A model generated the notes under the pieces. That model saw only the letters and a program-made list of their open reading frames with translations, ran no database searches and was not told the DNA's origin. From assembly GCF_000619845.1 (NCBI RefSeq), contig NZ_JHUX01000008.1:1-32000 (forward strand): a DNA stretch of 32,000 nucleotides, written 5' to 3'. This document shows positions 19,083 to 28,251 of this stretch, piece by piece (within the stretch, counting starts at the first letter, position 1; each line of letters opens with the position of its first letter). Made by a program: the position numbers and the translations under genes. The stretch comes from Alkanindiges illinoisensis DSM 15370. Lineage in GTDB: Bacteria > Pseudomonadota > Gammaproteobacteria > Pseudomonadales > Moraxellaceae.

Positions 19083-19451
19083 TTACTGAGCAGCAGCTGG
19101 AGCTGTAGTAGTAGTAGTAGCGTCGGTAGCAGCTGGAGTAGCGGCAGTGTCAGCAGCAGCTGGAGCAGCAGCATTGTTAGCACTGTCAGCAGCAGCGTTA
19201 GCAGCGTCGTTAGCAGCATCGGCAGCGTTGCCAGCAGCGTCAGCAGCAGCAGCGGTAGCGTCAGCGGTAGCGTCGGCAGTAGTAGCAGCAGCAGCGTCGG
19301 TAGCAGCAGTAGCAGCATCAGCAGCGGCAGCAGAAGCTTGAGCAGCAGAGTCTTGGGCTTCAGCAGCGTGTTCGTCAGCTTTTTTTGAACAACCAACGAA
19401 AGCTAAAGAAGCAGCAATAGCAGCAGCGATTGCGATTTTTTTGATTTGCAT
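19083..19451 (-). CDS. Ala/Asp/Thr-rich low-complexity lipoprotein
   Basis: MQIKKIAIAAAIAASLAFVGC is a signal peptide with a lipobox-like FVGC. The mature part is almost entirely A, D, T, N, with no hydrophobic residue other than Ala. A strong terminator lies downstream. Confidence 0.75.
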   Translation of the reverse strand: MQIKKIAIAAAIAASLAFVGCSKKADEHAAEAQDSAAQASAAAADAATAATDAAAATTADATADATAAAADAAGNAADAANDAANAAADSANNAAAPAAADTAATPAATDATTTTTAPAAAQ

Positions 19452-19630
19452 GGCATCACTCTCACAAAAGAAATAAGGTTTTCGAAAACCACAAATTAAT
19501 CTGTTTCTTGCTTATTGCTATCCGTTGCCTTACGGTGAGGACACAGCGCAAGGGTCAGATTAAATGGTGCAGCAATCCTAGCACTGGTTTTTGGAAAAAA
19601 CTACTCCCTTTTTGATTATTTTTATTAAAA

Positions 19631-20692
19631 TTAATCACTTTGTTTGGCATTGATGAAGATAAGCCGACTGGCATTCTGGTGTTCTGCAGCCTTCAACGCA
19701 CTCATCATTTGCATTAAAATGTCTTCAAGTGCAATTTCCTGTTCAAGTGGCACAGGGCAAACGCCATATTGAATGCCAAATTCTGGCTGCTGTATTTGCA
19801 TTTCATCCTTGACCAAGCCCAATGCCTTGACCACATGACCAGTCTGTGCCGCGCTGGTATCACATAACAGCACAGCCAGATGATGCCGATCCAGTTGTAC
19901 CAGTACATCACATTTACGCAAACGATTTTTATAGCTTGTAAATAATTGCCTTATGGCTTCTTTTTGATGACGTGAGCCGGCTTTAACCCGAATCATCAGT
20001 AAACTGAGTGGAATCTGATTACGTTGATGATAAGGATAGAGATAGGTTAAAGCATCAACCAATTGTTTTTTTTCTAGAATGCCACTATTTAATGCACTTT
20101 TTAGATCATGGGCACTGCTTTGTAAATGATGCTTAAAACAGTGCAAATATCCCAAGGCAAAAATACTGCAACCTGTTAAATGAACGGGCTGTAATTGACT
20201 ATTGGTTAAAGTGTTATAAAAAAAACCTGCAATCACGGCAGCTAATAGATAGCTGGCACTCATGGCTGTTAAAAATGAAATTTTCAGGTCACTAAAAGCA
20301 GCAATCACAAAGGTTATTGCCATTACCAGAATAATACTGGCCTGATTGGGCAGCAAAAACAGCAGACTTAAGGCAAAACAGTAGTCCAGTGCAATCCCCA
20401 GATAAAAAATCCAGGCGCTGGTGGGACGAAACAGCATGGACAGATAATGAATAGTGGCTAAAACGCCGTATGCTGCTAAAGCAGTGTAAATATTCTGATC
20501 AATAAAGATTATTGAAAAATCGGGCTGGCTATCAACCTGCCAAGCCAGTGTGGCAATCAGTAACAGGCGTATTATCAGTAGCACGCCCTGGAATTGCCGG
20601 CTGTGTTTTAATTCCTGTAGGGAGTGCAATGATAGTAAAGGCGACATACGTGTGGAATCATGTGAATAAATGAATAAACCGGAATTAGGCAA
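19631..20692 (-). CDS. Integral membrane protein (about 6 TM segments) with a degenerate GGDEF-like C-terminal domain
   Basis: Hydrophobic N-terminal two thirds. The C-terminal part aligns by eye to the GGDEF fold, but the GGDEF position reads LDRHH (19880-19894) and the DxD position reads MIR. The start is either TTG at 20692 or ATG at 20647. Confidence 0.6.
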   Translation of the reverse strand: MPNSGLFIYSHDSTRMSPLLSLHSLQELKHSRQFQGVLLIIRLLLIATLAWQVDSQPDFSIIFIDQNIYTALAAYGVLATIHYLSMLFRPTSAWIFYLGIALDYCFALSLLFLLPNQASIILVMAITFVIAAFSDLKISFLTAMSASYLLAAVIAGFFYNTLTNSQLQPVHLTGCSIFALGYLHCFKHHLQSSAHDLKSALNSGILEKKQLVDALTYLYPYHQRNQIPLSLLMIRVKAGSRHQKEAIRQLFTSYKNRLRKCDVLVQLDRHHLAVLLCDTSAAQTGHVVKALGLVKDEMQIQQPEFGIQYGVCPVPLEQEIALEDILMQMMSALKAAEHQNASRLIFINAKQSD

Positions 20693-20845
20693 TAGCGGTT
20701 TATGCCATTAATTCTGGAAAAAGCATCATAGCATGTTAGGACGATAGCGCGTCAAAACCCGAGATTGGCAAAGTTCATTTCAACCAGTATTTAGCTGGAA
20801 AATGAATTAATCGGCCTGGTTGTTGTGCTAAGCACCATGATTTCA

Positions 20846-20884
20846 ATAAAAAGGCACTTTAACGCAAGCATTAAAGTGCCTTTG
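20846..20884 (-). terminator. Rho-independent terminator of rho
   Basis: aaaggcacttta (20851-20862) pairs with taaagtgccttt (20873-20884). On the minus strand it is followed by tttttatt. Confidence 0.75.
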
Positions 20885-20897
20885 GAAGCAGCAATCC

Positions 20898-22166
20898 TTA
20901 AGTTGAGGACTTACGCTTCATCTGGTCAAAAAACTCATCATTGGTTTTAGAGTCTTTCATACGATCCAGCAGGAATTCAATGGCAGCCAGTTCATCCATT
21001 GGATGCAATAACTTACGCAGAATCCAGACCTTACGTAGATTGTCTTCGTCCATCAGGCGCTCTTCACGGCGAGTACCTGATTTCTTGATATTCATGGCCG
21101 GGAAGACGCGTTTTTCAGCAATACGGCGATCCAGATTGATTTCCTGGTTGCCTGTTCCCTTGAATTCCTCAAAAATCACTTCGTCCATTTTGCTGCCAGT
21201 ATCAATCAAGGCTGTAGCAATAATGGTAAGGCTGCCGCCTTCTTCGATGTTACGCGCTGCACCAAAGAAGCGTTTTGGGCGTTCCAGCGCATGGGCGTCC
21301 ACACCGCCAGTTAGGACCTTGCCAGATGATGGAATCACGGTATTGTAGGCGCGGGCCAGACGGGTAATCGAATCCAGCAGAATTACCACATCCTTTTTAT
21401 GCTCAACCAGACGCTTGGCTTTTTCAATCACCATTTCAGCCACTTGAATATGGCGTGCTGGTGGTTCATCAAAGGTGGAAGCAACCACTTCGCCACGTAC
21501 GGTGCGTTCCATTTCGGTAACTTCTTCCGGACGTTCATCAATCAGCAAAACAATCAGGAAAGCTTCTGGATTGTTGCGGGTAATGGACTGTGCAATGCTT
21601 TGCAGCAGCATAGTTTTACCGGCTTTTGGCGGTGCAACAATAATAGAGCGCTGACCTTTACCAATGGGGGCAATCAGGTCAACCACGCGAGAGGTTAAGT
21701 CTTCAGTAGTGCCGTTACCCAGTTCCATAATCATTTGTTCGGTTGGAAACAGGGGCGTCAGGTTTTCAAACAGAATCTTGTTACGTGAATTCTCTGGGGT
21801 ATCGTAGTTAATCTGGTTAACTTTGAGCAGGGCAAAATAGCGCTCGCCTTCTTTGGGAGGACGAATGGTGCCAGTAATGGTATCGCCCGTGCGCAGGTTA
21901 AAGCGGCGGATTTGCGAAGGACTTACATAGATATCGTCCGGGCCAGCCAGATAAGAACCAGCGGCCGAACGTAAAAATCCGAAACCGTCCGATAAAATCT
22001 CCAGAACGCCATCACCAAAAATTTCTTCGCCATTCATGGCATGTCGTTTGAGAATCGCAAAAATAATGTCTTGCTTGCGATTACGCGCCATGCCTTCAAG
22101 ACCCATGAACTCGGCAATTTGAATGAGTTCACCAATTGGTTTTTTCTTCAGTTCAGTAAGATTCAT
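20898..22166 (-). CDS. rho: Transcription termination factor Rho
   Basis: 422 aa, near-collinear with E. coli Rho: MNLTELK..., [26 protein letters not shown]. Confidence 0.97.
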   Translation of the reverse strand: MNLTELKKKPIGELIQIAEFMGLEGMARNRKQDIIFAILKRHAMNGEEIFGDGVLEILSDGFGFLRSAAGSYLAGPDDIYVSPSQIRRFNLRTGDTITGTIRPPKEGERYFALLKVNQINYDTPENSRNKILFENLTPLFPTEQMIMELGNGTTEDLTSRVVDLIAPIGKGQRSIIVAPPKAGKTMLLQSIAQSITRNNPEAFLIVLLIDERPEEVTEMERTVRGEVVASTFDEPPARHIQVAEMVIEKAKRLVEHKKDVVILLDSITRLARAYNTVIPSSGKVLTGGVDAHALERPKRFFGAARNIEEGGSLTIIATALIDTGSKMDEVIFEEFKGTGNQEINLDRRIAEKRVFPAMNIKKSGTRREERLMDEDNLRKVWILRKLLHPMDELAAIEFLLDRMKDSKTNDEFFDQMKRKSST

Positions 22167-22408
22167 AGAGGTTCAGATGTGGATAAAAATAGGGGATACA
22201 AACGCAGCAACAGATTGCAAGGGTGCGCCTCGGTAAAATAAGGATGTACAAAAATGCATTTTTACCTGCTTTATGCTGAGCAAGTTAAAAACCACCAGTA
22301 GATAACGAAAGCGAAAAGTCGAAAGACAATTTCAGGTGCCGAACGGCTATTCTCCGAATGATAAAAATGATTCCATCATTCAAGCGGCAAGTGACTTGCC
22401 TTAATCTT
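22167..22408 (-). promoter_or_regulatory. Long rho 5' leader with a pyrimidine-rich, G-poor tract (candidate rut site / autoregulatory attenuator)
   Basis: About 240 nt lie between the best promoter and the rho ATG. The minus-strand RNA of 22298-22329 reads uugucuuucgacuuuucgcuuucguuaucuac (8 C and 4 G in 32 nt). Confidence 0.45.
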
Positions 22409-22414
22409 CATGAC

Positions 22415-22469
22415 ACTATAAAACCCTGATCCTGCATTTGTCAATATTTGTTCAATGTCAACTTGTCAA
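22415..22469 (-). promoter_or_regulatory. Candidate sigma70 promoter(s) for rho
   Basis: On the minus strand, TTGACA (22439-22444), an 18-nt spacer, then TATAGT (22415-22420). Two further TTGACA hexamers lie at 22456-22461 and 22464-22469. The last is 17 nt from TATTGA (22441-22446). Confidence 0.45.
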
Positions 22470-22645
22470 AACTCATTAGACTTTTTGCCTGGCTTTAATT
22501 GTTGGCCAGCTTGCTGAGCAATATTGGCAATGAAATCAAGCTTAATCAGGTCGTAAGAAGTTGGCTTAAGCAAAGTTTTGATATTGAATGCAGAAATTAA
22601 AATATTAAAAATAAATTGATGGGGGAAGTATTAAGCGGATACCGC

Positions 22646-22682
22646 AGGAAAATACCGTCCGTGAACAGGATCAGGGACGGTA
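22646..22682 (-). terminator. Probable terminator of trxA
   Basis: accgtcc (22654-22660) pairs with ggacggt (22675-22681). On the minus strand it is followed by tattttcc, a weak T tract. Confidence 0.5.
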
Positions 22683-22718
22683 AAGCGTCATTGTTTCGTT
22701 AGAAGCAACAATCTGGGC

Positions 22719-23042
22719 TTAGATATTCTGGTCGATGAATGCAGCCAGTTTGGAGCGTGGCTGTGCACCGACTTGCTGGGCAACGGCCTGGCCATCTTTG
22801 AAAATCAGCAGGGCAGGAATATTACGGATGTTGTACTGAACCGCTGTGTCTTCACAAGAGGTGACGTCAACTTTAACAATCTTCAGCTTGCCATCATATT
22901 CGTTGGCTAAATCTTCCAGTACAGGAGCAATGGCTTTACAAGGTGCACACCAGCCAGCCCAGAAGTCTACCAGTACAGGCACATCAGACTCTAACACGTC
23001 TGCTTTAAAATCTTGGTCAGTTGTATTGACGATACCAGTCAT
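22719..23042 (-). CDS. trxA: Thioredoxin 1
   Basis: 107 aa with a thioredoxin-fold sequence (VLVDFWAGWCAPCK...GIRNIPALLIF-like). ggag lies 9 nt upstream of the ATG. The active site reads WCAPC rather than WCGPC. Confidence 0.9.
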   Translation of the reverse strand: MTGIVNTTDQDFKADVLESDVPVLVDFWAGWCAPCKAIAPVLEDLANEYDGKLKIVKVDVTSCEDTAVQYNIRNIPALLIFKDGQAVAQQVGAQPRSKLAAFIDQNI

Positions 23043-23327
23043 AATTTTACTCCGGTGATATAATGGATCATGCTACAGATGATGATGTATATCATTAAAC
23101 GCATGATACCGCTAAGGTTTGCTTATTGTCAGTGACATTGATAATTTTGTCCAATGGATGCTTTCGATTTTGTGTATCGTTTTAGGCAATCAATTGTTTT
23201 TTGAGTATTGATGCTGTCAGAACCTGGATATGCGATAAACTGGTTTCACATAGTGCCAATACTGGCTTTTCTTTCCTAAAAGGGTGCTTTACCCTGTATG
23301 GGCTTAGGGTGGAGTAAATAAATCAAC

Positions 23328-24884
23328 ATGTCTGATTTTCTAGCAGAAGAAGAGTTACTGGCAGCCATTGATATGGGCTCAAACAGTTTCCATCTGGCGA
23401 TTGCCCGTCTGGATCATGGCGAAGTACGCAAAGTGGCGTCCATGTCAGAAAAAGTCCAGCTGGCGGCAGGGCTTGATGAAAATAACCATCTGAATGAAGC
23501 TGCCCAGCAACGTGGTCTGGAGTGTTTGAGCCGCTTTGTGGGACGTCTTGGCGCGGTAACGCCCAACCGGCTTAGAATTGTGGCCACCAATGCCCTGCGG
23601 CAGGCAGAGAATTCACAGGAATTTATGCAGCGCGCTGCCGAGATTTTACCAAAGCCCATTGAAATCATTGCAGGCCGTGAAGAAGCCCGGCTGATTTATC
23701 TCGGAGTGTCGCATACCATGGCCAATGGCGGACGCCGCTTGGTGGTGGATATTGGTGGCGGTTCTACCGAGTTTATTATTGGTGAGGACTTTGAACCGAT
23801 TCACACCGAATCGCTGCAAATGGGCTGCGTGGCCTATACCAAGGCTTTTTTTGCTGATGGCAGCATTAGTCCCAAGGCCTTTGAACGGGCAGTGGCGGCA
23901 GCCAAAAAGGAAATCCGGGCAATTGCCAGCACTTATCAGGCCACTGGCTGGGATACGGTGGTTGGTTCCAGTGGCACCATCAAGGCCTGCCGTCAGGTGC
24001 TGGTGAGCCTTGGCCTGAGCGATGCGCAGGAAAATATTCTGTATGAAGGCTTGCAGGTGCTTAAAGACCGCCTGCTAAAGGTCAGTGACATTAAACAAAT
24101 AGATTTTGAGGGCTTGCGCGATGACCGCCGTGCCGTATTGCCCGCTGGTCTGGCAATTTTATGGGCTATTTTTGATGTGCTCAAACTGGACAAGATGGCC
24201 TATTCCGATGGTGCACTCCGTGAAGGCGTGATGTATGACCTGCTGGGCCGCTTCCGCCATGAAGATATTCGTGACCGCAGTGTGCAGGCAATGATGGCCC
24301 GCTATCATGCTGATCAGCGTCAGGCCGAGCGGGTAGTGAATACCGCACGGCATTTGTTTGAACAGGTTGCTCCTGACTTGCAACTGGATGCAGACAGTGC
24401 CGATTTGTTGCGCCGTGCTGCGTATCTCCATGAAATTGGCCTGGCGATTAGTCATGGTGGCTATCATCGTCATGGGGCCTATCTGTTACAACATTCGGAT
24501 ATTCCCGGCTTTTCACAGGTGGATCAAAGCCGTCTGGCTCTGCTGGTAGCAAATCATCGCCGCAAGCTCAAGGCTGAACAACAGGAACAGGTACTGAAAA
24601 GTGGTGGCTTGCCATTGCTGCATTTGTGCCTGTTGTTGCGTCTGGCGGTTTTATTGCACCATAGCCGCAGTGACCAGCAGGTGCCGGAAGTGCAGCTTAG
24701 TGTTAAAGACAGCCACACCTGGCAACTGGGCATTAATGACCACGGCCAAGCCAATTTGTTATTCCTCACCGATTTGCAGGAAGAACAGCAACAATTTGCG
24801 CACTGGGGGATTCATCTGGAAATCCTGAATACAGCCCCAACACTTCATACATCGCCACTTCATACACCGGGGCAGGAGGCATAA
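23328..24884 (+). CDS. ppx: Exopolyphosphatase (Ppx/GppA family)
   Basis: N-terminal [16 protein letters not shown] and [16 protein letters not shown] motifs, and a C-terminal HD-like region (LHEIGL.ISH..YHRHGAY). Confidence 0.85.
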   Translation: MSDFLAEEELLAAIDMGSNSFHLAIARLDHGEVRKVASMSEKVQLAAGLDENNHLNEAAQQRGLECLSRFVGRLGAVTPNRLRIVATNALRQAENSQEFMQRAAEILPKPIEIIAGREEARLIYLGVSHTMANGGRRLVVDIGGGSTEFIIGEDFEPIHTESLQMGCVAYTKAFFADGSISPKAFERAVAAAKKEIRAIASTYQATGWDTVVGSSGTIKACRQVLVSLGLSDAQENILYEGLQVLKDRLLKVSDIKQIDFEGLRDDRRAVLPAGLAILWAIFDVLKLDKMAYSDGALREGVMYDLLGRFRHEDIRDRSVQAMMARYHADQRQAERVVNTARHLFEQVAPDLQLDADSADLLRRAAYLHEIGLAISHGGYHRHGAYLLQHSDIPGFSQVDQSRLALLVANHRRKLKAEQQEQVLKSGGLPLLHLCLLLRLAVLLHHSRSDQQVPEVQLSVKDSHTWQLGINDHGQANLLFLTDLQEEQQQFAHWGIHLEILNTAPTLHTSPLHTPGQEA

Positions 24885-24891
24885 TAAATTG

Positions 24892-25725
24892 ATGAAAGCG
24901 GAACCCAATGTGCTCGCTGCCTGGAAAACAGTGCAGATTGCAAGGCATCCCGAACGGCCACAGTTTCTGGATTATGTCAGTGAACTGTTTAGTGAGTTTG
25001 ATCCGCTGCATGGAGATCGCCTGTACGGTGACGATGGTGCCATGATTGGCGGTCTGGCCCGTTTTGATGGCCAGCCGGTAATGGTACTGGGACAGCATAA
25101 GGGCCGGAGTACCCGTGAACGCCTGCAGCACAATTTTGGCATGTGTAATCCCGAAGGTTATCGCAAATCACTGCGCCTGTTTGAAATGGCCGAGCATTAC
25201 GGCCTGCCGGTTTTTACCTTTATTGACACCATGGGTGCTTATCCGGGCGTGGGTGCCGAGGAGCGCGGACAGGCGGAAGCGATTGCACGCAATCTGGCGG
25301 CATTGTCACGCCTGAAAGTTCCGGTAATTGCCACGGTGATTGGCGAGGGCGGTTCTGGCGGCGCGGTGGCAATTGGAGTGGCAGACCGGGTGATCATGCT
25401 GTCACACAGTATTTATTCAGTAATTTCCCCTGAAGGCTGTGCGGCCATTTTGTGGAAAACCAATGAAAAGGCAGCTCAGGCCAGTGAAGCCATGGCCATT
25501 ACCGCAGATCGTTTATACAGTCTGGGTATTGTGGAGCATGTCATTGATGAGGGCGAAGGCGCGCATTTACAGCCGCTTGTGGTAATGGAACGCTTGCATC
25601 AGGTATTGCGTGATTCGCTGGATGAACTGTTATTAATGGAGAGTGAAGCGCGATGCCAGGCACGCTATCAACGTCTGATGCGTTTTGGCAGCAGCCAGTT
25701 ACAAAACAGCTCCAGCAGCAACTAA
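24892..25725 (+). CDS. accA: Acetyl-CoA carboxylase carboxyltransferase alpha subunit (short form)
   Basis: [17 protein letters not shown]....[35 protein letters not shown] at 24892 with ggcaggagg 13 nt upstream. It lacks roughly the first 45 residues of E. coli AccA. Confidence 0.9.
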   Translation: MKAEPNVLAAWKTVQIARHPERPQFLDYVSELFSEFDPLHGDRLYGDDGAMIGGLARFDGQPVMVLGQHKGRSTRERLQHNFGMCNPEGYRKSLRLFEMAEHYGLPVFTFIDTMGAYPGVGAEERGQAEAIARNLAALSRLKVPVIATVIGEGGSGGAVAIGVADRVIMLSHSIYSVISPEGCAAILWKTNEKAAQASEAMAITADRLYSLGIVEHVIDEGEGAHLQPLVVMERLHQVLRDSLDELLLMESEARCQARYQRLMRFGSSQLQNSSSSN

Positions 25726-27038
25726 ACCAGTTTGCGCCACATCAGCAATTTCTGGTGGCGTGCAGTGGTGGCCGTGATTCCTTGAGTTTGGCCTGCGCAC
25801 TGCATTTGCTGTGTCCGGGCCGGGTTCGTGTTGCCCATATCAATCATCAATTGCAGGCCCCTTCTACCCAGTGGGCCAACTGGCTGGCAGTGCAATGCCA
25901 GCAATGGCAGCTTCCTTGTATCATTCAGCCTGTGGCGGTGGCGGCTGGTAACCTTGAGGCCGAAGCCCGCAAGGTTCGTTATCAGGCTTTATTTAAACTG
26001 CTGCAAAATAATGAAATCCTGGTGTTGGGCCATCATCAGCAGGATCAGGCCGAAACCCTGTTTTTGCGCATGCTGTCCGGCAGCGGGGTAAAAGGCTTGT
26101 CGGCCATGAAAACAAGCGAGCAGCGCCAGCTTGAGTCTGGACAAAGTGTAGTGTTATGGCGGCCATTACTGGCATGTTCGCGTCAGCACATTACCGAACT
26201 GGCGGCATTAATTTGCCCGGACTATATTGATGATCCAGCGAATGATCAGGATAATTTTGACCGGGTATTTTTGCGTCAGCAGGTTTGGCCATTACTCAAA
26301 AGCCGCTGGCCTGCCATGGATAGCACGCTGAACCGCACTGCTGTGCTGATGCAGGATAGTCAGGAGATTTTACAGGAAGTCCTGATGCAGGACTGGTTGC
26401 AGTGTGGCGACCACAATGTACTGAATATTCATGCCCTTGAACGGTTAAGCCAGCCAAGGCAGCGCTTGTTATTGTTACGCTGGATGCAGGGCGCTGAGCA
26501 ATATGCACCGGCTTTTCATCTGGTTGAAGAAGTTCGGCAAACCCTGCTCAATGCGCGGCAGGATGCAACCCCAAAGGTAGAATGGCAGGGCTGGCAATTC
26601 CGGCGTTACCAGCATCAAATTTATCGTCTGCCACAGCAATTGCCAAAAGCACAGGATTTACAGGTGCAATGGCCCTGTAGACAAGTACTTGAATTACCCA
26701 CAGGTCAGTGGCAATGGCAGCAACAGGAACTTGGTTTTCCGACGCAAGTCATGGAGCAGCCATTTTTATTGCAGGCCCGTCGTGGCGGTGAGGTCATGCA
26801 TGTGCAGGGACGGGCTGGTCACTGGCCGCTAAAAAAATGTTTGCAGGAAGCCAAAATTCCGCCATGGCAACGTGAGCAGGTACAGCTTTTATATGCCAAA
26901 GATCAGCTTTTAGGCGTATTTACGGCGCAAGGTTTTTGGCTCAATCAGCAGCAACCTCTGGTTAAGGGTGGCTGGTTACCCATTTTGACACCTTCAACAA
27001 TCAATTTAAAACAGGATGCACCGCAACATGAAAAATAA
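25653..27038 (+). CDS. tilS: tRNA(Ile)-lysidine synthase
   Basis: PP-loop [10 protein letters not shown] about 40 residues from the ATG at 25653. There is no alternative ATG, GTG or TTG between that ATG and the PP-loop, which implies a 73-nt overlap with accA. Confidence 0.85.
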   Translation: MPGTLSTSDAFWQQPVTKQLQQQLNQFAPHQQFLVACSGGRDSLSLACALHLLCPGRVRVAHINHQLQAPSTQWANWLAVQCQQWQLPCIIQPVAVAAGNLEAEARKVRYQALFKLLQNNEILVLGHHQQDQAETLFLRMLSGSGVKGLSAMKTSEQRQLESGQSVVLWRPLLACSRQHITELAALICPDYIDDPANDQDNFDRVFLRQQVWPLLKSRWPAMDSTLNRTAVLMQDSQEILQEVLMQDWLQCGDHNVLNIHALERLSQPRQRLLLLRWMQGAEQYAPAFHLVEEVRQTLLNARQDATPKVEWQGWQFRRYQHQIYRLPQQLPKAQDLQVQWPCRQVLELPTGQWQWQQQELGFPTQVMEQPFLLQARRGGEVMHVQGRAGHWPLKKCLQEAKIPPWQREQVQLLYAKDQLLGVFTAQGFWLNQQQPLVKGGWLPILTPSTINLKQDAPQHEK

Positions 27039-28221
27039 TACAGGTGAACTGAACAGGCAGGCAAAAGGATTTTTGCCGTATTTAAGCAATCAGGTGCAGT
27101 ATGCACAGCGGGTATTGGGTTCGCAGCGCATTCAGCCCATTACCCAAAGCAACTGGTATCAGCCACGTGAAACGGTACCAGGTAACCCGGCAGGACAGCC
27201 GGCATTTTTACCGTTAACCGAGCAGTTTCCGTTATCAGCCCAAGGCTGGCACAACATTGACCAGTATTTATTAAACCATCAGACCCGTGCCTTTCTGGTG
27301 CTGTGGAAAGGGCAACTGGTGCATCAGTTTTATCATCAGTTTAAGCCGCATTATCAGTTTAATTCGATGTCAATGCTCAAGACACTGGTGGCATTGTTAA
27401 TTGGAATTGCCATTGATCAGGGGTTGATTGCAGGAGTTCATGTAAAAGCGGCTGAGTTTTTGCCGGAATGGCAACATGATGCGCGCCGTAACATTACCAT
27501 TGAGCATTTGCTCAGCATGCAGTCGGGGCTTAAAAGTGACGTTAAGCTGGATGCCAGAACCTGGGTGTTACCGGTGATTCCATTATATCTGGGCAATGAT
27601 ATTGAGCGCACGGCGCTGGCCTTACCTGCGGTTGCGCCGCCGGGACGCTATTTTGAATATAATAATTACAACACCCAGCTATTGGGCATTATTTTACAGC
27701 GTGCCTCAGGTTTAACGGCTGCACAATTTATCAGCAAGTATTTGTGGCAGCCATTACACTGTCACTCAGGTTTTTTATGGTTGGATAAGCCGGACGGTCA
27801 GGCCAGAACCTTCGGGGCTTTTTTTGCACAGCCAGAAGACTGGTTGCGGGTGGGCCAGTTGTTTGTTAATCGCGGCAGTTTTCAGGGGCAGCAAATTGTG
27901 TCTGCGCAGTGGCTGGAACAAATGCAGATTCCGCGTAATACGCCTGCACGTGGCGTGGTGGATGGACGCGCCGATTATGGCTACCAGTTATGGCTCAAAG
28001 CCCATGATTATGGCCTGATTCGTGGCATTCCGTGGTTTGAAGCCACACATGCCACCACAGCATTTCATGATGATGCATTGTTTTATCTTGAAGGCTTGCG
28101 TGGTCAGTGTTTGTTTATTCATCCCCACCATGATCTGGTGGTGTTGCGGATGGGCGAACGGCCTAAAAAAGACTGGGACATGAGCTGGATGATTAACCAG
28201 CTTTGTGCGTCTTTACATTAA
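27016..28221 (+). CDS. Serine hydrolase, beta-lactamase/transpeptidase-like family
   Basis: 401 aa with an S-x-x-K candidate (SMLK in FNSMSMLKT) and a Y-x-N candidate (YNNYN). The start is ATG at 27016 or 27028, and both overlap the tilS 3' end. Confidence 0.65.
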   Translation: MHRNMKNNTGELNRQAKGFLPYLSNQVQYAQRVLGSQRIQPITQSNWYQPRETVPGNPAGQPAFLPLTEQFPLSAQGWHNIDQYLLNHQTRAFLVLWKGQLVHQFYHQFKPHYQFNSMSMLKTLVALLIGIAIDQGLIAGVHVKAAEFLPEWQHDARRNITIEHLLSMQSGLKSDVKLDARTWVLPVIPLYLGNDIERTALALPAVAPPGRYFEYNNYNTQLLGIILQRASGLTAAQFISKYLWQPLHCHSGFLWLDKPDGQARTFGAFFAQPEDWLRVGQLFVNRGSFQGQQIVSAQWLEQMQIPRNTPARGVVDGRADYGYQLWLKAHDYGLIRGIPWFEATHATTAFHDDALFYLEGLRGQCLFIHPHHDLVVLRMGERPKKDWDMSWMINQLCASLH

Positions 28222-28251
28222 TTTTAGTCATTGAGTACAACAGAGTTCACC

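Noticed and set aside
18755-19396. A 213-aa Leu/Thr/Pro-rich ORF (minus strand) and a 64-aa Ala-rich ORF (19147-19341, plus strand) overlapping the lipoprotein gene.
   Set aside because: These are alternative frames of the quasi-(GCN)n repeat. Only the 19083-19451 frame has a signal peptide with a lipobox, a start context and a terminator. The Leu-rich ORF also runs through the ihfA terminator and into ihfA.
22376-22411. An 11-codon mini-ORF (MKIKASHLPLE) at the start of the rho leader, considered as a rhoL-like leader peptide.
   Set aside because: Its ATG (22409-22411) lies at or upstream of the transcription start predicted from the best -10 (22415-22420). It has no SD. It is too short and unsupported.
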